Below are positions 9,599 to 17,554 of a stretch of 64,000 bases of DNA, in pieces (the stretch's first letter is position 1; the number at the start of each line of letters is the position of its first letter). The notes below the pieces were generated by a model. The model was not told the origin of the DNA and ran no database searches. It saw nothing but the letters and a program-made list of their open reading frames with translations. The DNA comes from a virus. The DNA lies in the IMG/VR virus record IMGVR_UViG_3300036770_003400, one strand, 5' to 3'. The position numbers and the translations under genes are program-made.

Positions 9599-10272
9599 GC
9601 TTTGGACTGCAAGTGCAAAACAGCGGCGGCGATGTGCTCATCGACGCGGACTTTCGCAACTACGAGATCGTCGCGGAAGGCACGGCAACGCACTTCGGCA
9701 CGGGGCTGTCGGCGTTTGTGGACGTGAGCTTCTCCGCGACGAACCGGCCGCCGCTGGTGTTTGTGCGCAGCACCTCGTTCGGCCTTGGCCAGGCCACCAT
9801 GCTCAAGTCGGTCGGCGGGCTCTACAACACAGCGCGGCTCTACTCAGAGGCGCCATTCAACACGTTCGGCTTCGACTGGTTCGTGGCGGCGCCGGTGGAT
9901 TCGCAGTCCGCAGATGCCTGGGGCATGCAGGTGTTCGACGCGGCCGGCCTGAAGGTCTTCGACAGCGGGCGCCGGTACCTGCAGTTTCGTGACGTAATGC
10001 CCGTGTCGTTGCAGACTCTGGCAGCAGACCTGGACGCAACCATCGATGTGTCGCATGCCTCGGTCAGTGACGCCTACTACTGCCTGGCCGGCCTCAGAGC
10101 ATTTGTGAGCGCGCAAATCTACGAATACCCCGCGACGTTTTTCCCGACGGTGCGCGCGCTGTCCGCGACTTCAGCCCGTATCTCATACATCGACCGCGCC
10201 TGGTCAGGCCAGCTGTCCGGCAGCTACACGCCTGCTCAGGCCTATCTCATTTTGGCCACGAGGAGCGCGTGA
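9595..10272 (+). CDS. putative tail tip / receptor-binding protein
   Basis: Internal duplicated motif (FGLQVQNSGGDVLID / WGMQVFDAAGLKVFD). Confidence 0.55.
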   Translation: MSFGLQVQNSGGDVLIDADFRNYEIVAEGTATHFGTGLSAFVDVSFSATNRPPLVFVRSTSFGLGQATMLKSVGGLYNTARLYSEAPFNTFGFDWFVAAPVDSQSADAWGMQVFDAAGLKVFDSGRRYLQFRDVMPVSLQTLAADLDATIDVSHASVSDAYYCLAGLRAFVSAQIYEYPATFFPTVRALSATSARISYIDRAWSGQLSGSYTPAQAYLILATRSA

Positions 10273-10481
10273 TGGAGGATCGCCGCAAATTCCACAACCT
10301 CACCGACGAGCAGCTCGAGCAGATCGCCGCGCGCGCCGCCGAGATCGCCATCGAGCGGATGACCTCCGAGGTGTATCAGGCCGTCGGAAAGACGATCCTG
10401 CACAAGGTGGCGTACGTGCTCGGCGCGGCCGCCATCGGCCTAAGCGTCTGGGCCGCCAGCAAGGGATGGATCAAGCCATGA
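10269..10481 (+). CDS. small membrane protein (holin/antiholin-like)
   Basis: C-terminal hydrophobic helix; first gene of lysis cluster. Confidence 0.45.
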   Translation: MMEDRRKFHNLTDEQLEQIAARAAEIAIERMTSEVYQAVGKTILHKVAYVLGAAAIGLSVWAASKGWIKP

Positions 10482-10924
10482 TCGACCGGCCGGTGACCCG
10501 CAATTTCAGCTGGGATGAGCTGGTGGGCTCGCAGATCGCCGCCCGCCGCGGGCTCAACAACGAGCCGCAGGACAGCGAGACCGTCATGAACCTGTTCCGC
10601 CTCGCCGACACCCTGCAGTACCTGCGCGACCAGCTGGGCACGCCGATCGTCGTCACCAGCGGCTACCGCTCGCCCGAGGTCAACGCCCTGGTCGGCGGCG
10701 CGGACATCTCGCATCACACCCGCGGTCTGGCCGCCGACATCATCGCGCCAGGCGTGGGCTCGCCGCTCGATCTCGCCCGCCGCATCGTTGCCATAACCGG
10801 CTGGGACTGGGACCAAGTCATCCTCGAATTCGGCCGGTGGGTGCACATCAGCATCGCGCCGCAGTTCCGCCGCCAGGTGCTGACCATCGACCGCACCGGT
10901 GTGCAGCAGGGGCTGGTGCCATGA
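10478..10924 (+). CDS. endolysin, peptidase M15 family
   Basis: SGYRS..VN..VGG...SHH..G.AADI and WVHIS zinc-peptidase motifs. Confidence 0.85.
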   Translation: MIDRPVTRNFSWDELVGSQIAARRGLNNEPQDSETVMNLFRLADTLQYLRDQLGTPIVVTSGYRSPEVNALVGGADISHHTRGLAADIIAPGVGSPLDLARRIVAITGWDWDQVILEFGRWVHISIAPQFRRQVLTIDRTGVQQGLVP

Positions 10925-11139
10925 ACCATCGCTTGGTCGCGCAGTATCTGCTGGCCAGCGTCGTGCTCCTCGGATTCTTCGTCGTGCTGGCCGTCATGCT
11001 GCTGTGGCAGCGACCCGGCAGCGACATTCTCGTCGGCTCGCTCGCCGCGGCGTTTGGCAGCGTTGTGGGCTACTTCTACGGCTCCAGCGCCTCGTCAGCC
11101 CGCAAGGACGAGCTCATGCGCCAGGAGCCGCGCCCATGA
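10921..11139 (+). CDS. holin
   Basis: Two TM helices; GYFYGSS.SS..KD tail. Confidence 0.65.
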   Translation: MNHRLVAQYLLASVVLLGFFVVLAVMLLWQRPGSDILVGSLAAAFGSVVGYFYGSSASSARKDELMRQEPRP

Positions 11140-11582
11140 TGCCGCTGGCCTGGACTCTCGTCGCCGGCGCCGCCCTCCAGACCGCCATCCTTGCCGGTGC
11201 CTGGTGGCACGGCCACACCACCGGCCGCGCCGCCATGCAGGCCCAGCTCGACGCCATCCACGCCGTGGCCGCCGAGCAGCAGACCCGATACCGCAAACTT
11301 GAGCAGGAGGTCTCCGATGTCCAAGCCGCCCATCTCACGACGTGGCGCGCTGCTCGCAGCGATGCTGACGCTGCATGGCTGCGGCTCCGTCAGGAGCGTG
11401 CCGGTCGAGTGCCCCACGTTCCGACCGAGTGCGGAAGCGCTCCAGCCGATTCCGCAAGTCAACTGGAGAGGTCTGGCGACCTCCTTGCCGCGCTAGTTGC
11501 CGCGCTAGAGGCCGGCGAGCGCCTGCAGGCTACCCTGACGCTGTGCCAGACAGAGCTGCGGCAGTGCGCGGCGATGCGATGA
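11136..11582 (+). CDS. Rz: i-spanin (Rz-like)
   Basis: N-terminal TM anchor plus coiled coil, after holin. Confidence 0.7.
   Translation: MMPLAWTLVAGAALQTAILAGAWWHGHTTGRAAMQAQLDAIHAVAAEQQTRYRKLEQEVSDVQAAHLTTWRAARSDADAAWLRLRQERAGRVPHVPTECGSAPADSASQLERSGDLLAALVAALEAGERLQATLTLCQTELRQCAAMR
11317..11496 (+). CDS. Rz1: o-spanin lipoprotein embedded in Rz
   Basis: AGGAGG RBS, lipobox LHGC, Pro-rich, alternate frame inside Rz. Confidence 0.7.
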   Translation: MSKPPISRRGALLAAMLTLHGCGSVRSVPVECPTFRPSAEALQPIPQVNWRGLATSLPR

Positions 11583-11742
11583 CCTGCCCGCAGCAGGGGC
11601 AACGCGGCCGCTGCTCGGCCCGCCACGCCCGTGAGACCGACGACGGCGCCAACCCCGTGGCCTCAGCGGCCTGACGAATCCCTGCGCCGCCCGCCACCAG
11701 GCGCAGAGCCTCGGTGAGGGCGGCGGATCGTGGGGCAGGCAT
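11530..11742 (-). CDS. small HTH protein with Cys motif (moron gene 2)
   Basis: GIRQAAEATGLAPSSVSRA helix-turn-helix; CPCCG. Confidence 0.6.
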   Translation of the reverse strand: MPAPRSAALTEALRLVAGGAGIRQAAEATGLAPSSVSRAWRAEQRPRCPCCGQVIASPRTAAALSGTASG

Positions 11743-12107
11743 CAGGCTGGCTCCCAGTCTTCCGGCATGTCGGCGCACGAATCATGATCGGCCAACCACG
11801 CCAGGTAAACGCGCGCTTCCTCGGCCAGCGCCCGGCATTCCTCGCTGTCGTGGCGGAGCGCGGCTGAGCGAATTTGCTGCAGTTCAGCGATCGCCTGATC
11901 GCGCGGACCTTCGCAGGCGTAATACGCCGACTCGCCGGTCATCCCAGATGGGAACGGGGTGTCCGGCACCTCAACAATCCGCATCCCGGTCCAGCCCAGC
12001 TTTTGCTCCAGCTCGCTCTGTGCGGCTTCGGCCTCTGCCAGCGATGCAAACTCGCCGTTCTCAACGGGCTCCCACTGGTATTGTGTTTGTTGCTCGATGA
12101 CAAACAT
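11742..12107 (-). CDS. hypothetical acidic protein (moron gene 1)
   Basis: AGGAG RBS, 121 aa, coupled to HTH gene. Confidence 0.6.
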   Translation of the reverse strand: MFVIEQQTQYQWEPVENGEFASLAEAEAAQSELEQKLGWTGMRIVEVPDTPFPSGMTGESAYYACEGPRDQAIAELQQIRSAALRHDSEECRALAEEARVYLAWLADHDSCADMPEDWEPA

Positions 12108-12152
12108 GGCTGTCTCTCCTGTCAGGCGCCGCGATGTGCAGCGCATGAGTGA

Positions 12153-12181
12153 ACAATATAACGTTGCGCAACGAAACGCAA
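12153..12181 (-). promoter_or_regulatory. sigma70-like moron promoter with palindromic operator
   Basis: TTGCGT-N17-TATTGT on minus strand; perfect palindrome CGTTGCGCAACG at 12162-12173 in spacer. Confidence 0.55.
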
Positions 12182-12302
12182 CAACCACGACGAAATGTGG
12201 TTCTAAACTCCCGCAACCTCCCAGGGAAAACGCGTCAAAAATTGGGGGTGTATTTAGAACGAAACTGCAAAGATTGCGTTGTTTTTGCAGAGTTTTTGCA
12301 CG

Positions 12303-12349
12303 GATTCGTAATCAGTAGGTCGGACGTTCGATTCGTCTCGCCAGCACCA
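12303..12349 (+). other. attP core = 3' half of tRNA-Thr(CGT)
   Basis: Anticodon loop TTCGTAA, T-arm GGACG-TTCGATT-CGTCT, acceptor 3' strand plus CCA; no 5' half; adjacent to integrase. Confidence 0.85.
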
Positions 12350-12356
12350 ATAAAAT

Positions 12357-12389
12357 CAAAGGCCTGAGTGTGTTTTGCTCAGGCCTTTG
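12357..12389 (+). terminator. hairpin terminator after attP tRNA fragment
   Basis: CAAAGGCCTGAG / CTCAGGCCTTTG 12-bp perfect stem. Confidence 0.75.
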
Positions 12390-12413
12390 TGCTTTCCGGT
12401 TCTAAATCTGGTT

Positions 12414-13391
12414 CTAAATTCCGCGGCCGGGCGTCACTTTTCTGCCCTTGACCAGGCGATAGACCCGAGCGGTGATGGCCTCGTCGGCGTGGCCGGCACG
12501 CTGGCTGGCGACGCTGATGTCAGCCTCGTCGGTGATGGTCTTCTTGCGGATGTCGCGCAGCTGCCACGTCTCGCCGGCCGCGTCGCGGGCGGCCTTGAAC
12601 GCGTGGTCGGCGCGCCAGATGCCGATGCGCTGGCCGGCCGAGTCGGCGACCAGGTACATGCTCGCCGGCGTGCGAGCCCGGGCGCGGTCTACGTAGGCCC
12701 GGAGCTCGCCGGTGACCTCGAGGCGCACAACCGCGCCTGTTTTGCTCTGGCGGATCCACAGCTCGCCGTCGCGGATGTCGGACAGGCGGGCGCGCAGGAC
12801 GTCGGACACGCGCTGGCCGGTGATGAGCAGCAGGTCCATGAGGTCTGCCAGCCACGCGGGAGCTTGGGCGCGCACGGCGCGGAACGCTTCGTCGGTGACG
12901 TAGTTTCGGCGCACCGTCTCACGGTTGCGTCCGATGCCCTGGCAGGGGTTGGCGCCGGTGACGTAATCCATGCCTCTTGCCCAGTTCCAGATGTGGGAGA
13001 GCAGGGCCACCTCGCGATTGGCGGCGATCGGGGCGGAGCGGCGCTGCAGGTACTGGCGCACCAGGGCGGGGCGGATGCTGGCCATCGGCAGGTGGCCCAT
13101 GGCACCGAGCAGCACCTTCAGCTGGCTCAGCTGGTCCTTCTGGGTCTTGGCGGCCTTGGTGGGCATGACGACCCGGGCGTAGTGCGCGGCGACCAGGGCA
13201 AGCGTGGCGCCTGCGCCGGACTGGCCCTCGAGCTCGGCCCATTGGCGCAGGGCTGCGGCGCGGTCGGAGCCTAGGGGGACCTTCTTGCCCCCCGCTTGAT
13301 AGTAGTAGAGCACCCGGTCGCCGGAGCGGCGCGCGGTCATGTGCCTGGGCAGGTCTGCCCAGGTGGCTTTCGGTCGTCCCATGCTGGTCAT
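12414..13391 (-). CDS. int: tyrosine integrase
   Basis: R (ITGQRVSD), K (QSKTG), RDIRK, AGH and Y motifs; start overlaps upstream stop (ATGA). Confidence 0.92.
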   Translation of the reverse strand: MTSMGRPKATWADLPRHMTARRSGDRVLYYYQAGGKKVPLGSDRAAALRQWAELEGQSGAGATLALVAAHYARVVMPTKAAKTQKDQLSQLKVLLGAMGHLPMASIRPALVRQYLQRRSAPIAANREVALLSHIWNWARGMDYVTGANPCQGIGRNRETVRRNYVTDEAFRAVRAQAPAWLADLMDLLLITGQRVSDVLRARLSDIRDGELWIRQSKTGAVVRLEVTGELRAYVDRARARTPASMYLVADSAGQRIGIWRADHAFKAARDAAGETWQLRDIRKKTITDEADISVASQRAGHADEAITARVYRLVKGRKVTPGRGI

Positions 13392-13582
13392 GGTACTACG
13401 CCCAGCCCAGCGGGCTCGGCAGGGATCGAGCCGGGCCTCGCGCATACGGCGTCGCGCGGTACCACGGGCTGGCCGCGGCCGTTCACCCAGTGCAGGATGC
13501 CGGCGGCGCGCAGCCAGCGGATCTGCTCGGCGGAGCGGACGTAGCCGGTGAGGTGCTCGACCTCCTTGGGGCTCAGGAACAT
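13388..13582 (-). CDS. excisionase-like (DUF4224-type) protein
   Basis: MFLS..EV..LTGY.R...QIRWL...GI motif immediately upstream of int. Confidence 0.7.
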   Translation of the reverse strand: MFLSPKEVEHLTGYVRSAEQIRWLRAAGILHWVNGRGQPVVPRDAVCARPGSIPAEPAGLGVVP

Positions 13583-13626
13583 GGGCGTAGTCTCATTCAA
13601 GCGCCAAGTCTTTACGGTCACCCAGG

Positions 13627-14142
13627 TCAAAGCTCGGATTTTTGAATTTGGTTAATTGCCTGCGCCGTTTGCTTCTCTGCCGCCGCCCAAGCTGCTCTGC
13701 GCGCCTCAGCCGCTGCCTGCTCCGCATGCTTCACCGCCCTCGCCGCCGCCCCGCTGGACCAGGTCGCCGCGATCATTGCCCTAGCCGCCGCCCTGTTGCG
13801 CCATTTTGGATCGGAGGCCGCCGCTTCATCGTACACCCGGAGCAACGCGTCCTCCGCCGCTTCCGCCGCCGCTTGCGTGCGTTGCTCGCACATGATTTTC
13901 CAAGCATCACCGTAGCCGCGTTTGTCCGCAAACGGCTGGTGAGCGGCCAGCCGCTCCCACATGCGCGCAAGCGGGTTTGCCTCCGGATCAGCCTGACCAG
14001 GCGCCAGCGCAGCGCGGTAGCCTGCAGCAAAAGCGTCTTGGAGCGCACTCCATTCGGGGTGGCCGCGGGAAGCGCCGTATCGCTCGCGCATGTAGTGCTC
14101 GGCTGCGCGGGCCGCCGCTGAGTCGATGTCGTCGTTGCTCAT
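13627..14142 (-). CDS. hypothetical phage protein
   Basis: Ala-rich ORF in leftward early operon. Confidence 0.5.
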   Translation of the reverse strand: MSNDDIDSAAARAAEHYMRERYGASRGHPEWSALQDAFAAGYRAALAPGQADPEANPLARMWERLAAHQPFADKRGYGDAWKIMCEQRTQAAAEAAEDALLRVYDEAAASDPKWRNRAAARAMIAATWSSGAAARAVKHAEQAAAEARRAAWAAAEKQTAQAINQIQKSEL

Positions 14143-14183
14143 GGTTCGTCCCCCAAATTGGTGATGATCGCACTCATCACTTG

Positions 14184-14429
14184 TCACTTAAAAATCTCAC
14201 GCTGGCCACCTAGCTGCACGGACCGCAGTCCAGCCGAGTGCAGGTCGGGGCCAGTGATGCACCAGGGAACGGTGACCCACATCTGGCGTTCACCGCAGCG
14301 CAGGAGCAGTCCGACGCTGGTGTTGCGCCGTTCGGTGTCGATGACAGTCCACACGCGCTTGCGGCTGGCAAGCGTCGAGCCCACGGCGATCTTGTCGAAG
14401 TTTCCACTGGCAATAGCGCGCAGGTTCAT
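14184..14429 (-). CDS. hypothetical phage protein
   Basis: ATGA-coupled, GGAGG RBS. Confidence 0.5.
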   Translation of the reverse strand: MNLRAIASGNFDKIAVGSTLASRKRVWTVIDTERRNTSVGLLLRCGERQMWVTVPWCITGPDLHSAGLRSVQLGGQREIFK

Positions 14430-14767
14430 TGCCCGCCTCCTGTGGCCTTCGCAATGGCGACGCGGGCCATTTTGATCGCCGCATTCAGTTCCTGACTGAC
14501 CAACGGGCAATTGTCCATAGCAAACTCTGCGAATTGCAGCGCCGTCAGTAGTTGCTCATTCACGGCTTGCAACCGGAGCAGTTCGGCAGCGGCTTGTTCG
14601 CCCAACTCCATGACTAGAACGCAGTCACGCAACGTCTTCAGCTGCTCCTGGTTCGCCTCATGCAACCGGCGCAGTTCGGCGGCGGCCAACGACAGGTTGT
14701 TTGTCCTGCCTTCGTGCCACGGCCATAGCACATCAGCCAGCCGCAGGGCTTCGGGTTTCTCATCCAT
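14426..14767 (-). CDS. hypothetical early protein (MDEKPEALRLAD family)
   Basis: First 41 nt identical to 50484-50524; internal AELRRL repeat. Confidence 0.65.
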   Translation of the reverse strand: MDEKPEALRLADVLWPWHEGRTNNLSLAAAELRRLHEANQEQLKTLRDCVLVMELGEQAAAELLRLQAVNEQLLTALQFAEFAMDNCPLVSQELNAAIKMARVAIAKATGGGQ

Positions 14768-15155
14768 GATTGCGCTCCTTCAGCGCGGCCTCGACGGTGC
14801 GGGCTATGTTTAGCGCAGTCGATGGCCAGCGCATATCGACGCACTCGGCGCGGGTCATCTGCATGACTTCCTCATCCGTCAGCGACTGCCACTCGCGGCG
14901 GGGTGGAGTGGTGTAGAGGAGGCTGCCTACCGTTGGAAAGGGCGCGCCAACAATGTGCTTGATGACGATGCTTTCTAAGTGTGGGACGACGATTTCCACT
15001 GTCGCCACCGGCTCCTGCTGCTGATGCCCCAGCGCGGCGCGCAGCAGGTCGCGCTGCTGGCGCAGCTCCCGGTTTCTGTCGCGTTGGCGCTGATATGCGA
15101 CCTTCAACTGGTCGTACATGTAGCGTGGCACGGTGTCGTTGTCGTCGCTCATCAC
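14760..15155 (-). CDS. hypothetical early protein (EWQSLTDEE family)
   Basis: 3' 124 nt match 50699-50822 at 121/124. Confidence 0.65.
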   Translation of the reverse strand: MMSDDNDTVPRYMYDQLKVAYQRQRDRNRELRQQRDLLRAALGHQQQEPVATVEIVVPHLESIVIKHIVGAPFPTVGSLLYTTPPRREWQSLTDEEVMQMTRAECVDMRWPSTALNIARTVEAALKERNHG

Positions 15156-15162
15156 TCGCCCC

Positions 15163-15660
15163 TCAAAAATCCCACACGCCCGCAGTCGCCTCGAGGAACC
15201 GTGCTAGCTGCACGGCCTGCTCACGGGTAAGCACGATCGGTCCGACGGTCAATTCGCCGTCGTTGGTGATGGCGAGGTGCACGTGCTCCTCGTCGGCGTG
15301 CAGCTGTGACTCAGGCGCCGGCTCGGGTGCGGGTGCGGGCGGCGGCACCGGCTCGGAGTGCGTGACCTGGGCGACGTCGGCCTTCTTGCGCCGCGGTTTC
15401 GGTGGCTCCTCAGCGGGCGGCGCCTCGGCAACGCCCTCGGCCGGCGGGGTGCCGTAGAGGTTGCGGCCCTGGCTGTCTTCGCCGACCAGCAGGACGCGGC
15501 CCTGTTTGCGCAAGCTGTTCAAAATCGCGCAGGCCTGGGTGTAGTCCAACAGCTCGTCGACGCCCTGCCAGACGTCGCGCGCGGAGATGGGACCGCGCCG
15601 GCGCACGCAGTCTTCGACGAGGTCGGTCTTGGCCATGATGTTGTCGTCGTCCTCGTTCAT
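15163..15660 (-). CDS. winged-helix-like protein with Pro-rich linker
   Basis: N-terminal GPISARDV...ILNSLRKQGRV pattern. Confidence 0.5.
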   Translation of the reverse strand: MNEDDDNIMAKTDLVEDCVRRRGPISARDVWQGVDELLDYTQACAILNSLRKQGRVLLVGEDSQGRNLYGTPPAEGVAEAPPAEEPPKPRRKKADVAQVTHSEPVPPPAPAPEPAPESQLHADEEHVHLAITNDGELTVGPIVLTREQAVQLARFLEATAGVWDF

Positions 15661-15887
15661 GGTTGGCGGTCAACGTACTGGCAGCGGTGCTGGCCGGCGG
15701 TCTGGCTCCAGACGAGGACCTGGTGCTCACCGGGCGCAGCGCAGCCGGTGTCGGCGGCACGGGCAAACGAGAGCACGGCAAGGACCAAAAAAGCTGCGAT
15801 GACGAACAGAAGGCCGGCGAGCTCGACGATGTGAGCATCGAGCCGCACGACCAGGCGCCGCAAGCCGCGCAGGAAGATGGGTCTCAT
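15657..15887 (-). CDS. small membrane/exported protein
   Basis: Hydrophobic helix followed by two Cys. Confidence 0.5.
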   Translation of the reverse strand: MRPIFLRGLRRLVVRLDAHIVELAGLLFVIAAFLVLAVLSFARAADTGCAAPGEHQVLVWSQTAGQHRCQYVDRQP

Positions 15888-16123
15888 GCGGCCTCCTCGA
15901 TCAAATCCCACAGGAAGTCGGCGTACTCGGCGTTGCTCATGCCCTGGCTGGCGAGCCACAGCTGGCGCTCAACCGAGGTGCGGTGCAGCACCCGCTCGTC
16001 TTCCGCCCGTGCCATGACCCGCAGGTCGGGGCCGGTGCCGGTGAAGGGCCGGTCAGGCAGGCCAGCGTCCCAGTCGTCGCCCAGGCGGGCAACGGCGTCT
16101 CGGATGGATCCCCTTGGAAACAT
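15884..16123 (-). CDS. hypothetical first gene of PL operon
   Basis: GGAGG RBS inside hairpin. Confidence 0.5.
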   Translation of the reverse strand: MFPRGSIRDAVARLGDDWDAGLPDRPFTGTGPDLRVMARAEDERVLHRTSVERQLWLASQGMSNAEYADFLWDLIEEAA

Positions 16124-16218
16124 GCGACACCTCCGTGGTGGTGTCGCGCGGCGAGCCTGGCGCCCGGATGGCGTTGCTGAAGGGATAGAACTGAGCCCCA
16201 CGCCGCGCGACGTGGGGA

Positions 16219-16260
16219 ACATTAGCACTGCTGTTTCAGGAGATCAACAGCAATGCTAAT
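16219..16260 (-). promoter_or_regulatory. PL-like promoter with two operators
   Basis: TTGATC-N17-TAATGT (minus); AGCAnTGCT sites at 16223-16233 and 16248-16258. Confidence 0.7.
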
Positions 16261-16489
16261 CAGGTGCGGCCTGTGGGATGAGTTTGCAGCCGCAGTGCTT
16301 GCACACCCGCGCCTCGAGCAGGACGAGCTCGCGGCAGTCGGGACAGCGGCAATGGGTGCGCGGGGAGGGCCGGTCGGCGGCGCGGCGGCGGAGGTAGTGC
16401 AGGGCCACGTGGGCCGGGATGGTGAGGAACAGGGCGACGGGCGCCCACGCTGCAGCCGCGAAGTGCAGCAGAACCATGACAACGGTCAT
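16256..16489 (-). CDS. membrane protein with zinc ribbon, co-transcribed with cI
   Basis: Hydrophobic N-terminus; CPDC...CKHC; ATGA overlap with cI stop. Confidence 0.6.
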   Translation of the reverse strand: MTVVMVLLHFAAAAWAPVALFLTIPAHVALHYLRRRAADRPSPRTHCRCPDCRELVLLEARVCKHCGCKLIPQAAPD

Positions 16490-16920
16490 TTTTTGCCGGC
16501 GGCGGCTGTGGTTTGCTCGAGCTGAGCGAGCCAGCGGCGATAGGTGTCGTCGGACTCGCGGGTCGCCAGGGCGTTGTCGAGCTTCCATTTGAGGAAGTCG
16601 ATGACTTGCGCCTGGTCAGGGCTGGGCAGGGCAGCGAGGAATTGGTTAAAGACCTCGCGGGGCTTGGGCAGCTCGGCGGCCAGGGTGGGCGAGATGTCCG
16701 CGACGTCGATTCCGAGGGCTTCGGCGAATTTCACCACGACCCGCAGGTTTAGTGGGATTCTCCCGTTTACGTACTGCCAGACGAGACTTTGTCCGCCGAT
16801 CCCGGCGGCCTGCCCGAAGTCGTCTTGCGTGGTCTTGGCGAGCTGGGCGAACAGCGCCTTGAGACGGGCGGCGTCTTCAAGCTGCCACTCTTGCAGGGGC
16901 GGGCGGGGTTTGGTGGCCAT
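16486..16920 (-). CDS. cI: CI-like repressor (HTH, no S24 protease domain)
   Basis: LEDAARLKALF...TQDDFG..AGIGGQSLVWQYVNGRIPLN, lambda-CI-type HTH; divergent from cro. Confidence 0.85.
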   Translation of the reverse strand: MATKPRPPLQEWQLEDAARLKALFAQLAKTTQDDFGQAAGIGGQSLVWQYVNGRIPLNLRVVVKFAEALGIDVADISPTLAAELPKPREVFNQFLAALPSPDQAQVIDFLKWKLDNALATRESDDTYRRWLAQLEQTTAAAGKK

Positions 16921-17000
16921 GTCATCCACAGTGTGCCTCCGTCAAAAGGTGTGCGCCACGCGCGCTGCTAATGCGCGGCGGGTTGCGATGAGGGGGGATA

Positions 17001-17029
17001 TTGCGTCGAAGGACAAGCATTGCTAGTCT
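17001..17029 (+). promoter_or_regulatory. PR-like promoter with operator
   Basis: TTGCGT-N17-TAGTCT; AAGCATTGCTA at 17015-17025; cro ATG 8 nt downstream (near-leaderless). Confidence 0.65.
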
Positions 17030-17036
17030 TCGGCCC

Positions 17037-17327
17037 ATGAAACTTCGTTCCTACCTCATGCAGAAGGGTCTCGGGCAGCGGCAGTTCGCCCGGATGTTGG
17101 GCGTAACGCAGGGGGCCGTGGCCCACTGGCTGGCGGGCCGCATCCCGGTGTCTGCCGAGCGCGCGATGCAGATCGAGCGGCTGACGGGCGGCGCAGTGAC
17201 GGCCGCGGAGCTGCGCCCGGACCTCGATTGGCCCCAGTGTTCTCCTCCCTCTGCGGTTCTCCGCAGTTCCGTGGCCCACCCGGCACCCCCTCCGGGTGGG
17301 CCATCTTTTTCGGGAGCGCAGGAGTGA
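17037..17327 (+). CDS. cro: Cro/YdaS-like regulator
   Basis: QRQFARMLGVTQGAVAHWL.G...VSAERA..IE..TGG.V...ELRPD motif. Confidence 0.85.
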   Translation: MKLRSYLMQKGLGQRQFARMLGVTQGAVAHWLAGRIPVSAERAMQIERLTGGAVTAAELRPDLDWPQCSPPSAVLRSSVAHPAPPPGGPSFSGAQE

Positions 17328-17554
17328 GGCCGCCGAAGGTGGACGGGCAGCGGCAGTTCCGCCAGGGTGACCGGGTGCGGACGCCTACGGGGTTGCTGGG
17401 CACGGTGCTGGGCTACAGCGCGGACCGGGTGTCGGTCCGCTATGACGCACGGCCGGAGTGGCAGCTGCTGGGGCGTGACGGCGGGCGGGTGACGGCGGAG
17501 GCCGTGGAGGTGTGCCTGCAGGAAGGGTTGTTGCGACGTGTCTGGCGCAAATGA
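17324..17554 (+). CDS. hypothetical small beta-barrel protein
   Basis: GTG start overlapping cro stop; FRQGDRVRTP..LLGTV pattern. Confidence 0.55.
   Translation: MRPPKVDGQRQFRQGDRVRTPTGLLGTVLGYSADRVSVRYDARPEWQLLGRDGGRVTAEAVEVCLQEGLLRRVWRK

Noticed and set aside
12290-12349. Complete tRNA-Thr gene
   Set aside because: Only anticodon loop to CCA is present; no D-arm or acceptor 5' strand upstream, and the anticodon stem has a mismatch.
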